64,000 nucleotides of DNA, taken from positions 1 through 64,000 of the forward strand of contig NMRA01000717.1 in the NCBI GenBank assembly GCA_002633005.1, in the 5' to 3' direction. The position numbers and the translations under genes are program-made. Shown here one piece after another: positions 12,801 through 24,700 of the stretch (the stretch's first letter is position 1; each line of letters starts with the position of its first letter). The notes beneath the pieces were generated by a model that was given only the letters and a program-made list of their open reading frames with translations, did no database searches and had not been told where the DNA came from. The DNA is from Phoronis australis (Eukaryota; Animalia; Phoronida).

Positions 12801-15322
12801 TACTTAATAAGTAAGAATTATTAGTCTCCATACACGCCATATGTTGGTCAGGTCACAAGTCTGAAAAAATCTGTCTCGGCTGGGGTACTTATTGTTCCTC
12901 TGGTTTTTCCTATTCTGATCCCAATGGTATGGCTTATTCAACGTCACCAGTTGAAAAATGAATTATACCTCAGTATACGTGTCATTATGACTAGAATGAT
13001 GGCGGTGTAACTTTCCAGGGAGGACTTATCTAAACTGGAGTACCTTGGCATGTGCCTGAAGGAGTCGATGAGGCTGCACACGGTCGTGCCTGTCGTTGTA
13101 CGTGAACTCAGTAAGGAGATGGAGATTGATGGGATCCTGTTCCCTCCTGGAACCACTATTCACGTCTGCTTGAATGATCTACACCACAATAAACATGTCT
13201 GGGACAAACCTTACGTAAGCTTACTGCAGAGTTCTCATTGTTTGTTTAGACCTTTATCAGCGTGGATTTTTGCGACATTTTAATGCTTTCTTTTTTAATT
13301 GAGGTTTTCAGCTCAAACACACATTGCTGAAAGTCAAAAACAGTGGCTATCTTATTATCTGATATAAGATTTTGCCGTTTTATTGAATACATCTTATTCC
13401 TAATTTTGCATGATTTTATGGGTCAGTTGAAGCTCCGCGTAGTTCCTCTGCTATGTTCGTCACAGTTTGTCAATTCATTCCATCTCTAAGCTGGCAATTT
13501 TCTTTTGTCATTCTAATTAACGCTTAGCTCAAACCTCCTAGCAAGTTACAGGTTTGCTAAAATTTGTTCTCGCAATGTCTACCTATTGTATCTTTGTTTC
13601 AACTTTATTCCAGGAGTATAATCCAGAACGGTTCAGAGATCCAACAAAAATAGATGGGTTTCAGTTTGTTCCATTTTCAGCGGGACCAAGGTTTGTTATT
13701 TGGAGATCTTTGCTGTCGGATACAATAGGTTACTCTTGAGGCTTTGCTGGCTTTACATTGCAGTTTGTGGCACGAGTTAATACTAGATAAATTTGATAGT
13801 TTTTTGGATAGATTAGTGGGCTTGATTGTACGTCCAGAGTACTTTGGATGGTATTTCATTGCATATGTCATCCATTCACAACAGTTCTGCCCTTTCTGGA
13901 CACCCTGTTCAGTGCAGTATGAATGAATAATATAACATTTCCCAGCATTCCAGCACAGATAGCTTTGAAATGATTCATAAGTTATGCGCATTGATGGTAA
14001 TTTGAAGAATCAAAATACCTCAAATTTTACTCAAGGGGACAGAACGTAAAATTGTTTTAATGTTGCTCGGCTTTTGTAGTGTACGTGAGTCGCAGAGTGG
14101 TCATATTATTCTTAAAAGACATTGTCTGCTATTAAAATAGGAGACAATGTTATAGAAGCAATGGCTAGGTGACCAGGAATGTAGAGTGAACGTTCGTTTA
14201 TTGTTTCAGAAACTGCTTAGGGCAGCACTTTGCCATGAATGAGATGAAAGTTGTCATTGCACGCGTACTTCACAGGTAAGATTGGATTCTGTGGTAGTTC
14301 TCTGATGTGAGTGATGATTGAGGTTTTGAGACCCCCTCATATGTAATTACCGTGGTGCATGTTTGGGCATTATGCAGTATGTTTTGTAAAGAAATGACAA
14401 TCCCTTTTCTAAAACAACTTTCTTTAAACAGGTGTATTTGCTCTTTCAAAGGGATGTCATTGCATTCTAATCCTTTGTTTGAATTGAACGTGATCACATA
14501 AAAGTATCAGTTTGCATCACTACTAGCAGTGCTGAAATTACATGTATTGGAGACGCTAAAATCACACCTTTAATTTTGTCTACAAAAATAATTGCTGAAA
14601 TTCTGGGTTTTTCATTTTACAAATGCCTCCAATGTAACAAAAGCCTCTACTGTGTGAATGCCCAGTACTCTTGAAGATATATGGTTACAACAGCTTCTAT
14701 ATAAAACTTGAACATGGTAGCCAGGGCTCGACATAACGAGCTGCAGGTTTCATTTGCAACCTGAAATTTGGAAATGCAAAATCAAATAACTTTGAGTCAC
14801 CAAATATATGCGAATCATATGGTAGGTAGAAATGAGACGTGAAGGGCTGCGGCATTGTCTCCACTCGCCAGTCACTCACCATTGAAACTTCCCGTTATTC
14901 AACCCTGGTGGCTCACTTGTCTGTTCTTGAATCTTGGCAAATATAAATTTCGCATACAGGAACTTTTAAATGCAGCCAATGAATGTTGCAAATGCATCCT
15001 AGGATTTTGACCATTTCCATAGTGATGAGGGCCGAGAACGCTTCAGTGGGGGGTTGCTCAATATGTTTTAGTGTTACAATGAGAAAGTAAAATTTCACAT
15101 GTCCATCGTACTGTATTCGAAAGAGAATTTAATGTAATATTTGTCTATGGTGTGGGAGTCTACTCTCAAGGGTAATACTAACCACACACTTCACCTTATG
15201 TAATGTGTGATTTCAGGTTCAAGCTAGAACTTGTGGAAGGTTACAAAATGGAACTTGATTGGCCCATTATTATGAAACCCAATAATGGAGTTGAAGTTAA
15301 GCTCACCCCTTGTTCTCAGTGA
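3693..15322 (+). CDS. Cytochrome P450, CYP4 clan (CYP4F/4B-like), 12 coding exons, 513 aa
   Basis: Exons 3693-3854, 6075-6294, 6579-6706, 7393-7514, 8232-8294, 8877-9000, 11516-11663, 12285-12414, 13019-13214, 13614-13690, 14210-14275, 15217-15322. All junctions GT-AG with matching phases; total 1542 nt. Motifs: N-terminal signal anchor, WxxxR ([17 protein letters not shown]), [14 protein letters not shown], ExxR (ESMR), PERF, heme motif FSAGPRNCLG. Confidence 0.95.
6075..6294 (+). CDS. CYP4-like exon 2
   Basis: tttcag|FKRTSTEE...WMGP...[10 protein letters not shown]...DWLG|gtatgt. Confidence 0.9.
6579..6706 (+). CDS. CYP4-like exon 3
   Basis: [31 protein letters not shown]-helix WxxxR motif. 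Confidence 0.93.
7393..7514 (+). CDS. CYP4-like exon 4
   Basis: ctacag|DLLAIAS...[18 protein letters not shown]. Confidence 0.9.
8232..8294 (+). CDS. CYP4-like exon 5
   Basis: ttttcag|[20 protein letters not shown]|gtaagt; phase 2-2 fits both neighbours. Confidence 0.85.
8877..9000 (+). CDS. CYP4-like exon 6
   Basis: [19 protein letters not shown]...VIAARK|gtaagt. Confidence 0.9.
9096..9522. mobile_element. MITE (Harbinger-like) containing a (TG/TGCG)n microsatellite
   Basis: gtccacacac..taccctagaacaa / ttgttctagggta..gtgtgtggac; inner inverted pair agcgcaacttactccactt / aagtggggtaagttgcgct; microsatellite at 9407-9452. Confidence 0.6.
9611..11022 (+). mobile_element. Short MITE split by the HINE insertion
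   Basis: The HINE flanks (9611-9650 and 10941-11022) join to match the uninterrupted inverted copy at 17229-17376. Confidence 0.65.
9651..10940 (+). mobile_element. Non-autonomous Helentron-associated (HINE/DINE-1-like) element, copy 1
   Basis: 5' ttttATGTGCC sub-TIR, (GTCY)n microsatellite, internal ~145-bp repeats, 3' GTGGGCACAT sub-TIR plus CAACG-ctcca-CGTTG hairpin, inserted in a T-run with no TSD; homologous copy at 42291-44014. Confidence 0.8.
11516..11663 (+). CDS. CYP4-like exon 7
   Basis: [37 protein letters not shown]|gttagt. Confidence 0.92.
12285..12414 (+). CDS. CYP4-like exon 8
   Basis: [29 protein letters not shown]|gtaagc. Confidence 0.95.
13019..13214 (+). CDS. CYP4-like exon 9
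   Basis: [19 protein letters not shown]...[11 protein letters not shown]; ExxR motif. Confidence 0.95.
13614..13690 (+). CDS. CYP4-like exon 10
   Basis: EYNPERF...FVPFSAGPR. Confidence 0.95.
14210..14275 (+). CDS. CYP4-like exon 11
   Basis: [22 protein letters not shown]; contains the heme-ligand Cys. Confidence 0.95.
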
Positions 15323-16740
15323 AAGCTGTAGTTTTACCTCTAGTTCCTGGTTGTAGTGAGGATTATCTTAATTTGGTCACATGACAATGTTTTCGAGTTG
15401 ACATAACATGAGACAGAATGAGCTTAAGTTGTAGCTTTGCGCAAAAATTTCAAAATATTTAATAAGAGACAAAGACATGACCAAGAACCACTGATCACTG
15501 CGATTCATGCAAACCATTGTGTTCTGTGTCCATCATGAGTTTTATGGTATCCTTTTTTCAACTGTATATGTTTTGTGGACATTTTATTTTATTCTATTCA
15601 TTGTTATTCGCTTGTAATTTTTATGGATGGACAGTGAGTGTTTTTGTGAGTTACTCAGGGCCATTCCTTACTTATGGGCAACGTAGTCGCCCGGTTGGAA
15701 TATGTACCAGAATTGTCTTTTTTGTTCAGTTTTTAACAATATCAAACAAGCGTTTTGTGCCTAATTTCATTGTCTGTCTCCATGTATTTCATAAGATTTC
15801 ATTGTCTGTCTCCATGTATTGCATAAGGCAACACTGGCTTGAATTACTTCATTTTGAAATGTTTTGTGGACATTTTATTTTATTCTATTCATTGTTATTC
15901 GCTTGTAATTTTTATGGATGGACAGTGAGTGTTTTTGTGAGTTACTCAGGGCCATTCCTTANTTTCACATGTCCATCGTACTGTATTCGAAAGAGAATTT
16001 AATGTAATGTTTGTCTATGGTGTGGGAGTCTACTCTCAAGGGTAATACTAACCACACACTTCACCTTATGTAATGTGTGATTTCAGGTTCAAGCTAGAAC
16101 TTGTGGAAGGTTACAAAGTGGAACTTGATTGGCCCATTATTATGAAACCCAATAATGGAGTTGAAGTTAAGCTCACCCCTTGTTCTCAGTGAAAGCTGCA
16201 GTTTTACCTCTAGTTCCTGGTTGTAGTGAGGATTATCTTAATTTGGTCACATGACAATGTTTTCGAGTTGACATAACATGAGACAGAATGAGCTTAAGTT
16301 GTAGCTTTGCGCAAAAATTTCAAAATAGACAAAGACATGACCAAGAACCACTCATCACTGTAACCATTGTGTTCTGTGACCATCATGAGTTTTATGGTAT
16401 CCTTTTTTCAACTGTATATGTTTTGTGGACATTTTATTTTATTCTATTCATTGTTATTCGCTTGTAATTTTTATGGATGGACAGTGAGTGTTTTTGTGAG
16501 TTACTCAGGGCCATTCCTTACTTATGGGCAACATAGTCGCCCGGTTGGAATATGTACCAGAATTGTCTTTTTTGTTCAGTTTTTAACAGTATCAAACAAG
16601 CGTTTTGTGCCTAATTTCATTGTCTGTCTCCATGTATTTCATAAGATTTCATTGTCTGTCTTCATGTATTGCATAAGATTTCATTGTCTGTCTCCATGTA
16701 TTGCATAAGGCAACACTGGCTTGAATTACTTCATTTTGAA
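15093..16740. repeat. Tandem near-identical duplication across N at 15962 (CYP exon 12 and 3' UTR); probable uncollapsed haplotypes
   Basis: 15093-15960 matches 15963-16740 with SNPs and small indels; single-N junction. Confidence 0.85.
15217..15322 (+). CDS. CYP4-like exon 12 (terminal)
   Basis: [37 protein letters not shown]; a second copy with M>V lies at 16087-16192. Confidence 0.9.
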
Positions 16741-17228
16741 ATCTAAGCGAAACACTGCATCAAGCTTGTGCAATTTAACAAGTCCATCCACGCGTGTGTA
16801 TGGGCTATTTTACAGTAAATTTCATTTGGCTATGTAATATACTACATGTCTCAAAATTTTTATGTCAGTCAGTAGTTGACATTCGAAATCAAAACTCAAA
16901 CGTTTAACATGACGTTCCTTGAAGGAATACCTTAAATTGCTTTGCGTTTCTAATAGAAAGACTTCTTCAGTTTTTTCAACTGCATTCCAGTGACAGTAAT
17001 ATTCTATTGCCTAGGTCTAACCCCTTATATTTTACTTTTGCCATCATTGAATAATGTCCTGCATATCTGAACCATGCCAGCTGCACTGTAGAGAAAACTG
17101 TTACAATTATTCAACATGAATTCAGTTTTGGCAATTTTGCACACATCTTTAAAGGGATTATCCTCTCTTCCCACTGCTAGATGTCATTGTCTTCACTACA
17201 TTGCTTAAATTCGCCTATAATTAATATT

Positions 17229-17376
17229 CAGGGGCAGAGCCAGGACTTTTTAAAAGAGGGATCAAGAATTTTTTTAAAAAGGGGGTCCAAGTCAACAATT
17301 TGAAAATTCTAGATATATCAGTAAAATCAAGGGAAAAAGGGGGTCCAGGTCCCTTGACCCCCCTCAGATGCACCTG
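17229..17376 (-). mobile_element. Short MITE (uninterrupted paralog of 9611-11022)
   Basis: CAGGGG...CACCTG termini; shares gtcaacaatttgaaaatt...atcagtaaaatcaa with the HINE flank. Confidence 0.65.
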
Positions 17377-17874
17377 TGATATTTTGTCGCCAGCTCCTCG
17401 ACTGAGCCAGGCGGTACCAAAACCATATTGAAACCATTTGACACTCTGAGCCCAACAAGTGGATAAGAAGTTTCAACGTATCCTAACGTTAGACATTTTG
17501 AGAGTTACCCACCAATATCGTGGTATTATTCTCTGAAGCGAGCACTTAATTTCACTTAATTGTTCTTCCTGGTTCCCATCTAGGTGCAGCATTTGAAACA
17601 TTTAAGCAACTCCTAACAAAGTATCTACTAGACCTGGGGCTTGGAATTTTCCTCTTTTAAGAGGGCTTCCTCTTTTTTGTTTCGATTTCCTCTTATTTGA
17701 TTTCCCGTTTCCTCTTTCTGTCTCTTTTTTATCATTATTTTGGCTTTACTCACATTCAAAAACGTTCATTTCAGTTAAATTTTCAACACAAAAAATATTT
17801 TTATCATACAAGCTTATTTATTTTTGGAACATTAAATTCTTCCTCTTTTTTCATGGGTCATTCCAAGTCCAGGT

Positions 17875-18330
17875 AGAGTGACGCCTTACCAAGTGAGGTC
17901 AGGCCAATGATTATATACTAATTATTTACAATAGAATGTTTGAGAACATACTCTTGAAGGTTCTAGCAGTTTTGGTTTATGATCTACAATCATTGTATCT
18001 GGAATGTTCTAAACACCATGTACATATTCATGGAATGATTGGTTAGATTACATAGAGTTGTAGAATATTCTTTTAGTTTCTGAACATTGTCACAGACTAT
18101 AAATACTCAGACACCAGTAAGTGGGAGTCAGTTAAGAAGCCAGTCAGTAGAGAGTTAGTCGGACGGTTCTGTACTACTGGAAGGTTCATAGCATTAGCTG
18201 GTGTATTAGAATGGACATTACATCAGACATTTTGTTTGAGTAGACTTTTGTACATTTGGTCAAGGCTAGTAAAGTGATTTAAATTGAATCAGGTCAGGGA
18301 TTAACTGCTTCCACCCATACAGGGGAAACA
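17875..18330 (+). mobile_element. Possible solo LTR
   Basis: Repeated tagaatgttct-type motifs, TATAAATA near 18098, AGTAAA near the 3' end, ending ...AAACA; termini and TSD not clear. Confidence 0.35.
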
Positions 18331-21300
18331 CGATGCTTGTTGAATTTCATTCAGCTGTGATAATGAATTATTGACTAGAAATGTTTACTTTGTGAGACAG
18401 TTTATTTTTCCTCCAGAGAATATATTGCACAGATCGAACCATTGTAATACTATATAATACACAGTCATGCAATAGACATCAATGCAATTCACATTGCCCT
18501 GACCTCTATCTGTACTCGCCGACATTAATACTCACGCTCGCCTTAAGGCTCACACTCAAAATTATAACAAGATTTTCACTTCCAAAAATGGCCATGCTCG
18601 GCTCAACACCCACCCACAAGTTCCATGTTCAAGACATCCTTTAAAGTGTTTATGTCTTTGTAAGAAACAGTCCAACTTGCAGGAATGTTAGCTTCCCAGA
18701 GGTACGATATTTAGTGATGAACAGTCAGTTTCATTGCCACATTGCCTCACAGAAGTGGGCAAATGTCTATATTTTCCTGTTTTATTTGACTTACAATTTT
18801 CTGGGCTTTAACACAAATCGGCCTTTCAAGTAAACACCACCCTCACTTTAAAATACCCGAGCTCGTCTTAATGAGCCCACCCTCTTATCATTGAGTTAAT
18901 TATAATTAGATCGCATGAATATGATAATTACACAATACATCATGATTACTTGAACGAAGCAACGAGTTGAAATTGTATAATCTAGTTGCCAATAACTCAT
19001 CATCCCATAAATCCACAAACAAGATTCCCAAACTCATAGCTGTTGTGAACGAATAACACGACAGATCATTTACTCTGGCAGACTTCAGTTTAAGTCACTT
19101 GATAAGTTTGTTGAATTTGAAATAGTAAGGATAAAAGCACAACTTGACTCTTACTGAAAATATGACCTTGGTCTGCCCGCAGGGAACTAGCAACTAAAAT
19201 CATTCCTCACCAAAGGAAATTGCCATTTGCATGTGGCTCCCTCGGCCATTTTGATTTCCTATATTTTCAAGTTTTCCAGAAAATAATCTTCCCATCATTT
19301 TCACGCAAAAGAGTAGTCTTACCGTAAATTCTCACCAATTCAGCATACAATATGGAGAACAATATGGAGAACAATATGGAGAACATAATTAAGCATTCTT
19401 TAATAAAAAGTAGCACCCAAAAGAAGCTAGCGGGGTATTATCGTTTTTCAATTCTTACCCACAGCTACTGTTAGACAAAGTTTTGAGAAATTGTAGGCAT
19501 TCACAACAACACTGGAAGCCCTTGAAAATTGAAAAAGAGAATTTTTTACCATAATTTTTGTCCGAAATTGGTGAAATTTTACTGTCAACTGTCACCAAGC
19601 ATAAGTGATTGCAAGATCTCACAAAATCCAGGTTTTCATTGACCTTATAAAGTTTTCCTAAAGATTTTACCTTTTCGTTTTTCCAAATATTTCTGCCATT
19701 TTCCATGGTCTCGGCCACCCCATCATTCCTACCAACATCGAGGTTTCGGTGTTTAGTAGGGCATCGGTGACTAAGAAAGCTTTAAAACCTTTTGGTTCAA
19801 AGTGAGAAATTCAAGTTTGCCAGAAACAAAAAGATTTAACAGCACAGTGTCACTTCAATTATAACACTTCAGTGTTATAAAGTTATGGACAGAATGTTCC
19901 CATTAACGGCGACACGCGTCACGTTAAAAATTTCCAAACATTTTCATCAATGAAATACTCGTTACTCTACAACTGCAAGAATCTCATTGTAATCACTATT
20001 TGCCTATTGTTAATGATCCGACATTTAAAAAATTAAAGTTACACACTTAAAACTTTGAGTTTAACATCGCTACACCTTGACAAGAAGTCACTCATCTCTG
20101 CATCTCTAGGCAGTAACTTCACAACCGAAGCTAAGTAACTTTGCTATTGCATTGATGCACTACTAAAAGCAGATATAACTCAATGGGAAAAGAACACATG
20201 ATTCAAGAGAGAACCATGATCCAGAATTCCATAAATATAACATATAACAAACACAAGACACACGTTCACCACTAGCAGTAGATTATTACTAACACTGGTT
20301 CGCTACAAATTTTGACCAACATTGTTGGCTGTAACAAGACAATGGTGGATACTGTACAATTAGAATTCTTACCGAGTAATCTAAACTATGTGCCTATCTT
20401 GTATTGCATATAGCCACATCAATGTGATTAAATAAATAGGATGCATAACCACAGCTAGACAGAACACTGAGACCAATAGGAGTCTGCAGAATATGAAAAT
20501 AAAGTAAACGATTGGTCACCTTGAAAATGAAGTAAATGGTCATCTATAATAGACCAAAATACTGGAATGTTAAAGGAGACAGATTTCCTCAAAAATACCA
20601 AATGAATTCAAAAAAGATAAATAGTTAATATTGTTATTCATGCCAGCTGACTATTGACTATTGTCAGACTCAAACTTCTAGATCTTGGTTGAGGGTCCTG
20701 GCATTTGACAAATTAAATTCTGCAACATCGGAAGAATTCATGTAAATTTTTTCAATACTGCATTCATTTGATAATTTTGTTGCAAAATGTAAAAATAACA
20801 TTATTAACAATAACCATATTACCATTAATTCAGATCTATCATGTTGAGACAGGAACAAAATTGCACCTAGTTGCTATAAACCTATCTTTTTAAAATTTAC
20901 TTTAAAATTTGATTTAGGCAACTTCCTGTAAATAACTGTTATCAAGATGGAGAGAACTAACGCTTTCTTATTACTCGAGAACATGCTCAATAAAAGGACT
21001 AATAGACCCAGTGCGTTATTTTATGCACTGAGCATATTATTGGGTGATAAGGATGGAAAGAGTGACATAACAATACCGAGGTGGTCCAGGAAATTCTCCC
21101 AACTTGGTTTTAACCCTTGCTACTTCTCAATGGAAAATTACATTGAGATCAAAAGTTGTAACAGGAAAATCACCAGTTAAACTCTGTTTCAAAAAAAAAA
21201 CTTGGCCAATACTCTAATCTGTGCCATTCACTAACCCTGTGGCATGAGCTAAAATTATTTTTTGTTGTTCAATATTTCCGGTTTCAACAATTTTGTTAGC

Positions 21301-21740
21301 GCAGCCAATAGGCTACTGCCGTACTGTTTGTCTCCAATTAAGAGCAGTTGCTATGGGTCTGACGTCACTTCCCATCACTATAGTGAAATATCAACTATTC
21401 CAAAGTCAAAACATCACTTCTAACTGAATTTGGGAACAAAACAAGTAGTTTAGACTGATCGAATTATAAGGAAAGTGGTCCAAATGAAAAGCAAAGTCCT
21501 TGTAAATGATTGGTAAGTTCATATTCGGCTGTGATTTTTTTCTGGATACCATGCATATGCCACCTATAAAATTATTGACTTGTTGACAACGTAATTACTT
21601 CAATTATAGCCCTTAAATAAACTGTTGTTGAACTAAACTAAGCCCTGAAATGCTATCACGTACATTTATGGAGGATTAAGTACACAAAGATTATGCTGCG
21701 AACGTCGGATTTATTTGAACTCCAAGTTCCCCCACACGCC

Positions 21741-21755
21741 TCAGTGAGTAGTATC
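21741..21755 (-). CDS. SVOP: SVOP exon 16 (terminal, DTTH-stop)
   Basis: Strong pyrimidine tract ttttcttcttttgcag|GAT ACT ACT CAC TGA; phase 0 fits exon 15. Confidence 0.75.
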   Translation of the reverse strand, partial: DTTH

Positions 21756-24700
21756 CTGCAAAAGAAGAAAACAAAAACCTCGGATATGATTACCAGGCAA
21801 GTTTAGCTACTGCTATCTGATGGAAATGTGATGCTAGATCACACATTCAATACCAAAACAGTTGTTCACTAAGACTGGGGAAAAAAAGCAGTGACCGACA
21901 TCTCACAATGCAACGGAGGTTTATTTATCAACCATCAGGAGGATGTTTTACCAAGGATTCTAGTCAACTATTTGTTGGTGAGAATCTGCAGCTGGAAAAT
22001 TGGGAGTGCACAAAAAGGGACCCATTTCCCCAAAAAGACTCCCATTTCGTAGAGTTTCTTCCATTAAATATTATTTCATTTCTATAACTCCCACAGAGAC
22101 CCCTTTTGTGAAAAAAGGCAATGTTTCGAAGGGAAACTGGCTGTTCAAAACCCATCCCTCTCAGCAACGCATATGCTGTGTCCCATTTGAAAATGGAAGA
22201 AAAATAGCATGCTGTTACCTTCATCGCTCGACCCTTGGTTTCTATCGGTAACAATATAGATGAGACAGCTGCCAGTAAACACATACTGCTATACACAGCA
22301 ACAGTGGCATACACAGAGTATTGAAGTAGCACCTGAAATTACAGAAAACCTGACTTATTATGTTCAAACAGAGCAATTTTTCTATTGTAAGCGTGAAAAT
22401 GACTAGAAAGATAAATAAATAATAAACATTATAAACAGGTATAAATAAGGGAGAGTGGAAGACTAACGTTAAATTATTGGCAAAAGAGGGCACTCACTGA
22501 TCAACAATTCCGACCACAGAGTCTTCAGATTGGCTAACACTAAAATGCATGAACTCGTACTAAATTTACTATGCAAAACCTTGAGGTATTTTTTGCAAAA
22601 TGACACCATTGTTTTTCGTAGAAAACATTCACTGCACACGAAGCCTGTGCTGTGCTCATGAAAAGTATAGAATAACATAACAGTAGATACAATTTTTTTC
22701 TAGTTTTCAAAATTATCGTGACAGACCATCTGGAGTTGGCAGGCAGGCAACATGGACGGTCAGAAAAACACAAGTCTTTCAGCTCAATTACTCTTTCTTG
22801 TACTTTAATCTGACAATATTAACATAAGAGTTTTCTGAAGAATTAGATGCTTGATTTCATTTTTCGTCCTTTGTGTGGACGGAAACAGAGCCCACATTTG
22901 AATTCCCCATAAAAAGTTGAGCATACATCAAATAATCTTTTCCTCACAAAACTCGACTAAGATGTGTGGGAGATAGCTGTAATTACAATCAGCTGATTTG
23001 ATTGTCTATCCAATAGTCCCACTATAAACTGATCAGACGTAATTACCAGGTTTTATTACCTACACCTGCAGACCAAAGCACTATTTAGATCAGTGATAAT
23101 AGCGTGAAACTCCCTGAAGTCCCTAAGTTCACTTCACAATCATAACACCGTGATGAAGCTTCTACTTATTGTACATGTCCAAGATTTCATTTGTCAGCCT
23201 AATCGTGTCATTAAGTGACAAGACTTTACTGTATATTCAGCAGAATCACAGCGTGTGACAATGGTACCCATCATGGCTGTTAAAGCTGTTAGAATTAAGT
23301 CTCAACTTGTCCTTACCCAGATGAGAAGTGATATCTGGGTTTATAGCGGACTGACAGTTCATGCTCGGGCATAAAATGACATGTCATGATAACCTGACTT
23401 GCTGAGCCTCGTCTCAAGCAATAACGAACTGTCAGTTCTTTCAAAGTCATGAAATCGCCTCCAGTTTGAATAAGGAACAATTTGAGACCAATTTCATAAT
23501 GGTTACGAGGTCTAAATCAAAAGTTAGTTTTTGTGATGAAAATCGGCTTTATGGCTGCTTTGAAGTTATGTTGGACTCCAGAAAAGTGACCAAATCTAGC
23601 TAACTTCAGAACATCGTATCTCAGAAATGGCTGATCCCATACAACTGTCAGATAGTGTGCTTTATGCCCTGTTCTCTAAAATATGTAACAGTTACAAATA
23701 ATGCTTTAAAATATCACTTTTTATGATTTTACAGAAAAATAAGATGTTATCATGGACATAAATATCAAATGAAATTTGGTTAATCATGTTATTGACAGAT
23801 TGTTTTGCTATCAATGTACCTAATTCTTCTGGCTTACTTTTACTTCAAAGGCATGGCCTCGTGACTAAAGTGGTTTCAGATTGGTCAAAAATCGAAATCT
23901 ACATACATTCTACTTATATTTGGCTAAATGCATAGACTAATATTAAGGTCCTACATAACATGATAAAAATTCTCCAATTTGAGCCAGTTTCTAGAATTTG
24001 GGACACGGGAACTCCTGCAAAAATTGAATGTTCTTCATTCTAGAACTTGGGACAAGGACGATTTTGGCATCCATCATATTTATCAAATTTTGGACAGCGT
24101 GTTTTCAATCTACAGAGTGGGTAATTTTGCAATATTTCTGGAGATTTTTGAATTTGGGACAGACAATATTGCCTGTTTCTAGAATTTGGGATAAGATCTG
24201 ACCTTGAGCAAAAACAATTACTTTTTACTGTGTCCCAAATTGGAGAATTTATACCATAACAGTTACAATCCTTGAAGCCCTTGGTGACTTGGAGCTCACG
24301 AGCACTCCTCAGCTTACAGTAGATATGAAATAGTTAGTTACCTGAGCCACAAACGGGGTGACAATGGCACCGACCCTGGCCGCACCACTGCATGTTCCCA
24401 GACCCAGAGCTCGCACTGACGTGGGATAAACCTGGGAAGTCAGAACAACCATGATTATAATTGCTGTTACTAGGTTCCATCAATTATAATTAGCCCACTT
24501 TCCATAGCCANTGCCCTGTTGATCCCATACATATGAAACTGTCAGATAGTATGCTTTATGCCCTGTTGATCCCATACATATGAAACAGTCAGATAGTATG
24601 CTTTATGCCCTGTTGATCCCATACATATGAAACAGTCAGATAGTATGCTTTATGCCCTGTTCTCTAAAACACGTAACAGTTACAAATAATGCTTTAAAAT

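Noticed and set aside
16087-16192. Alternative terminal exon or second CYP gene
   Set aside because: It lies in the N-joined duplicate of 15093-15960 and differs by a single codon.
15517-16708. Hydrophobic 161-aa and 113-aa ORFs
   Set aside because: T-rich CYP 3' UTR with TTG starts; one spans the N junction.
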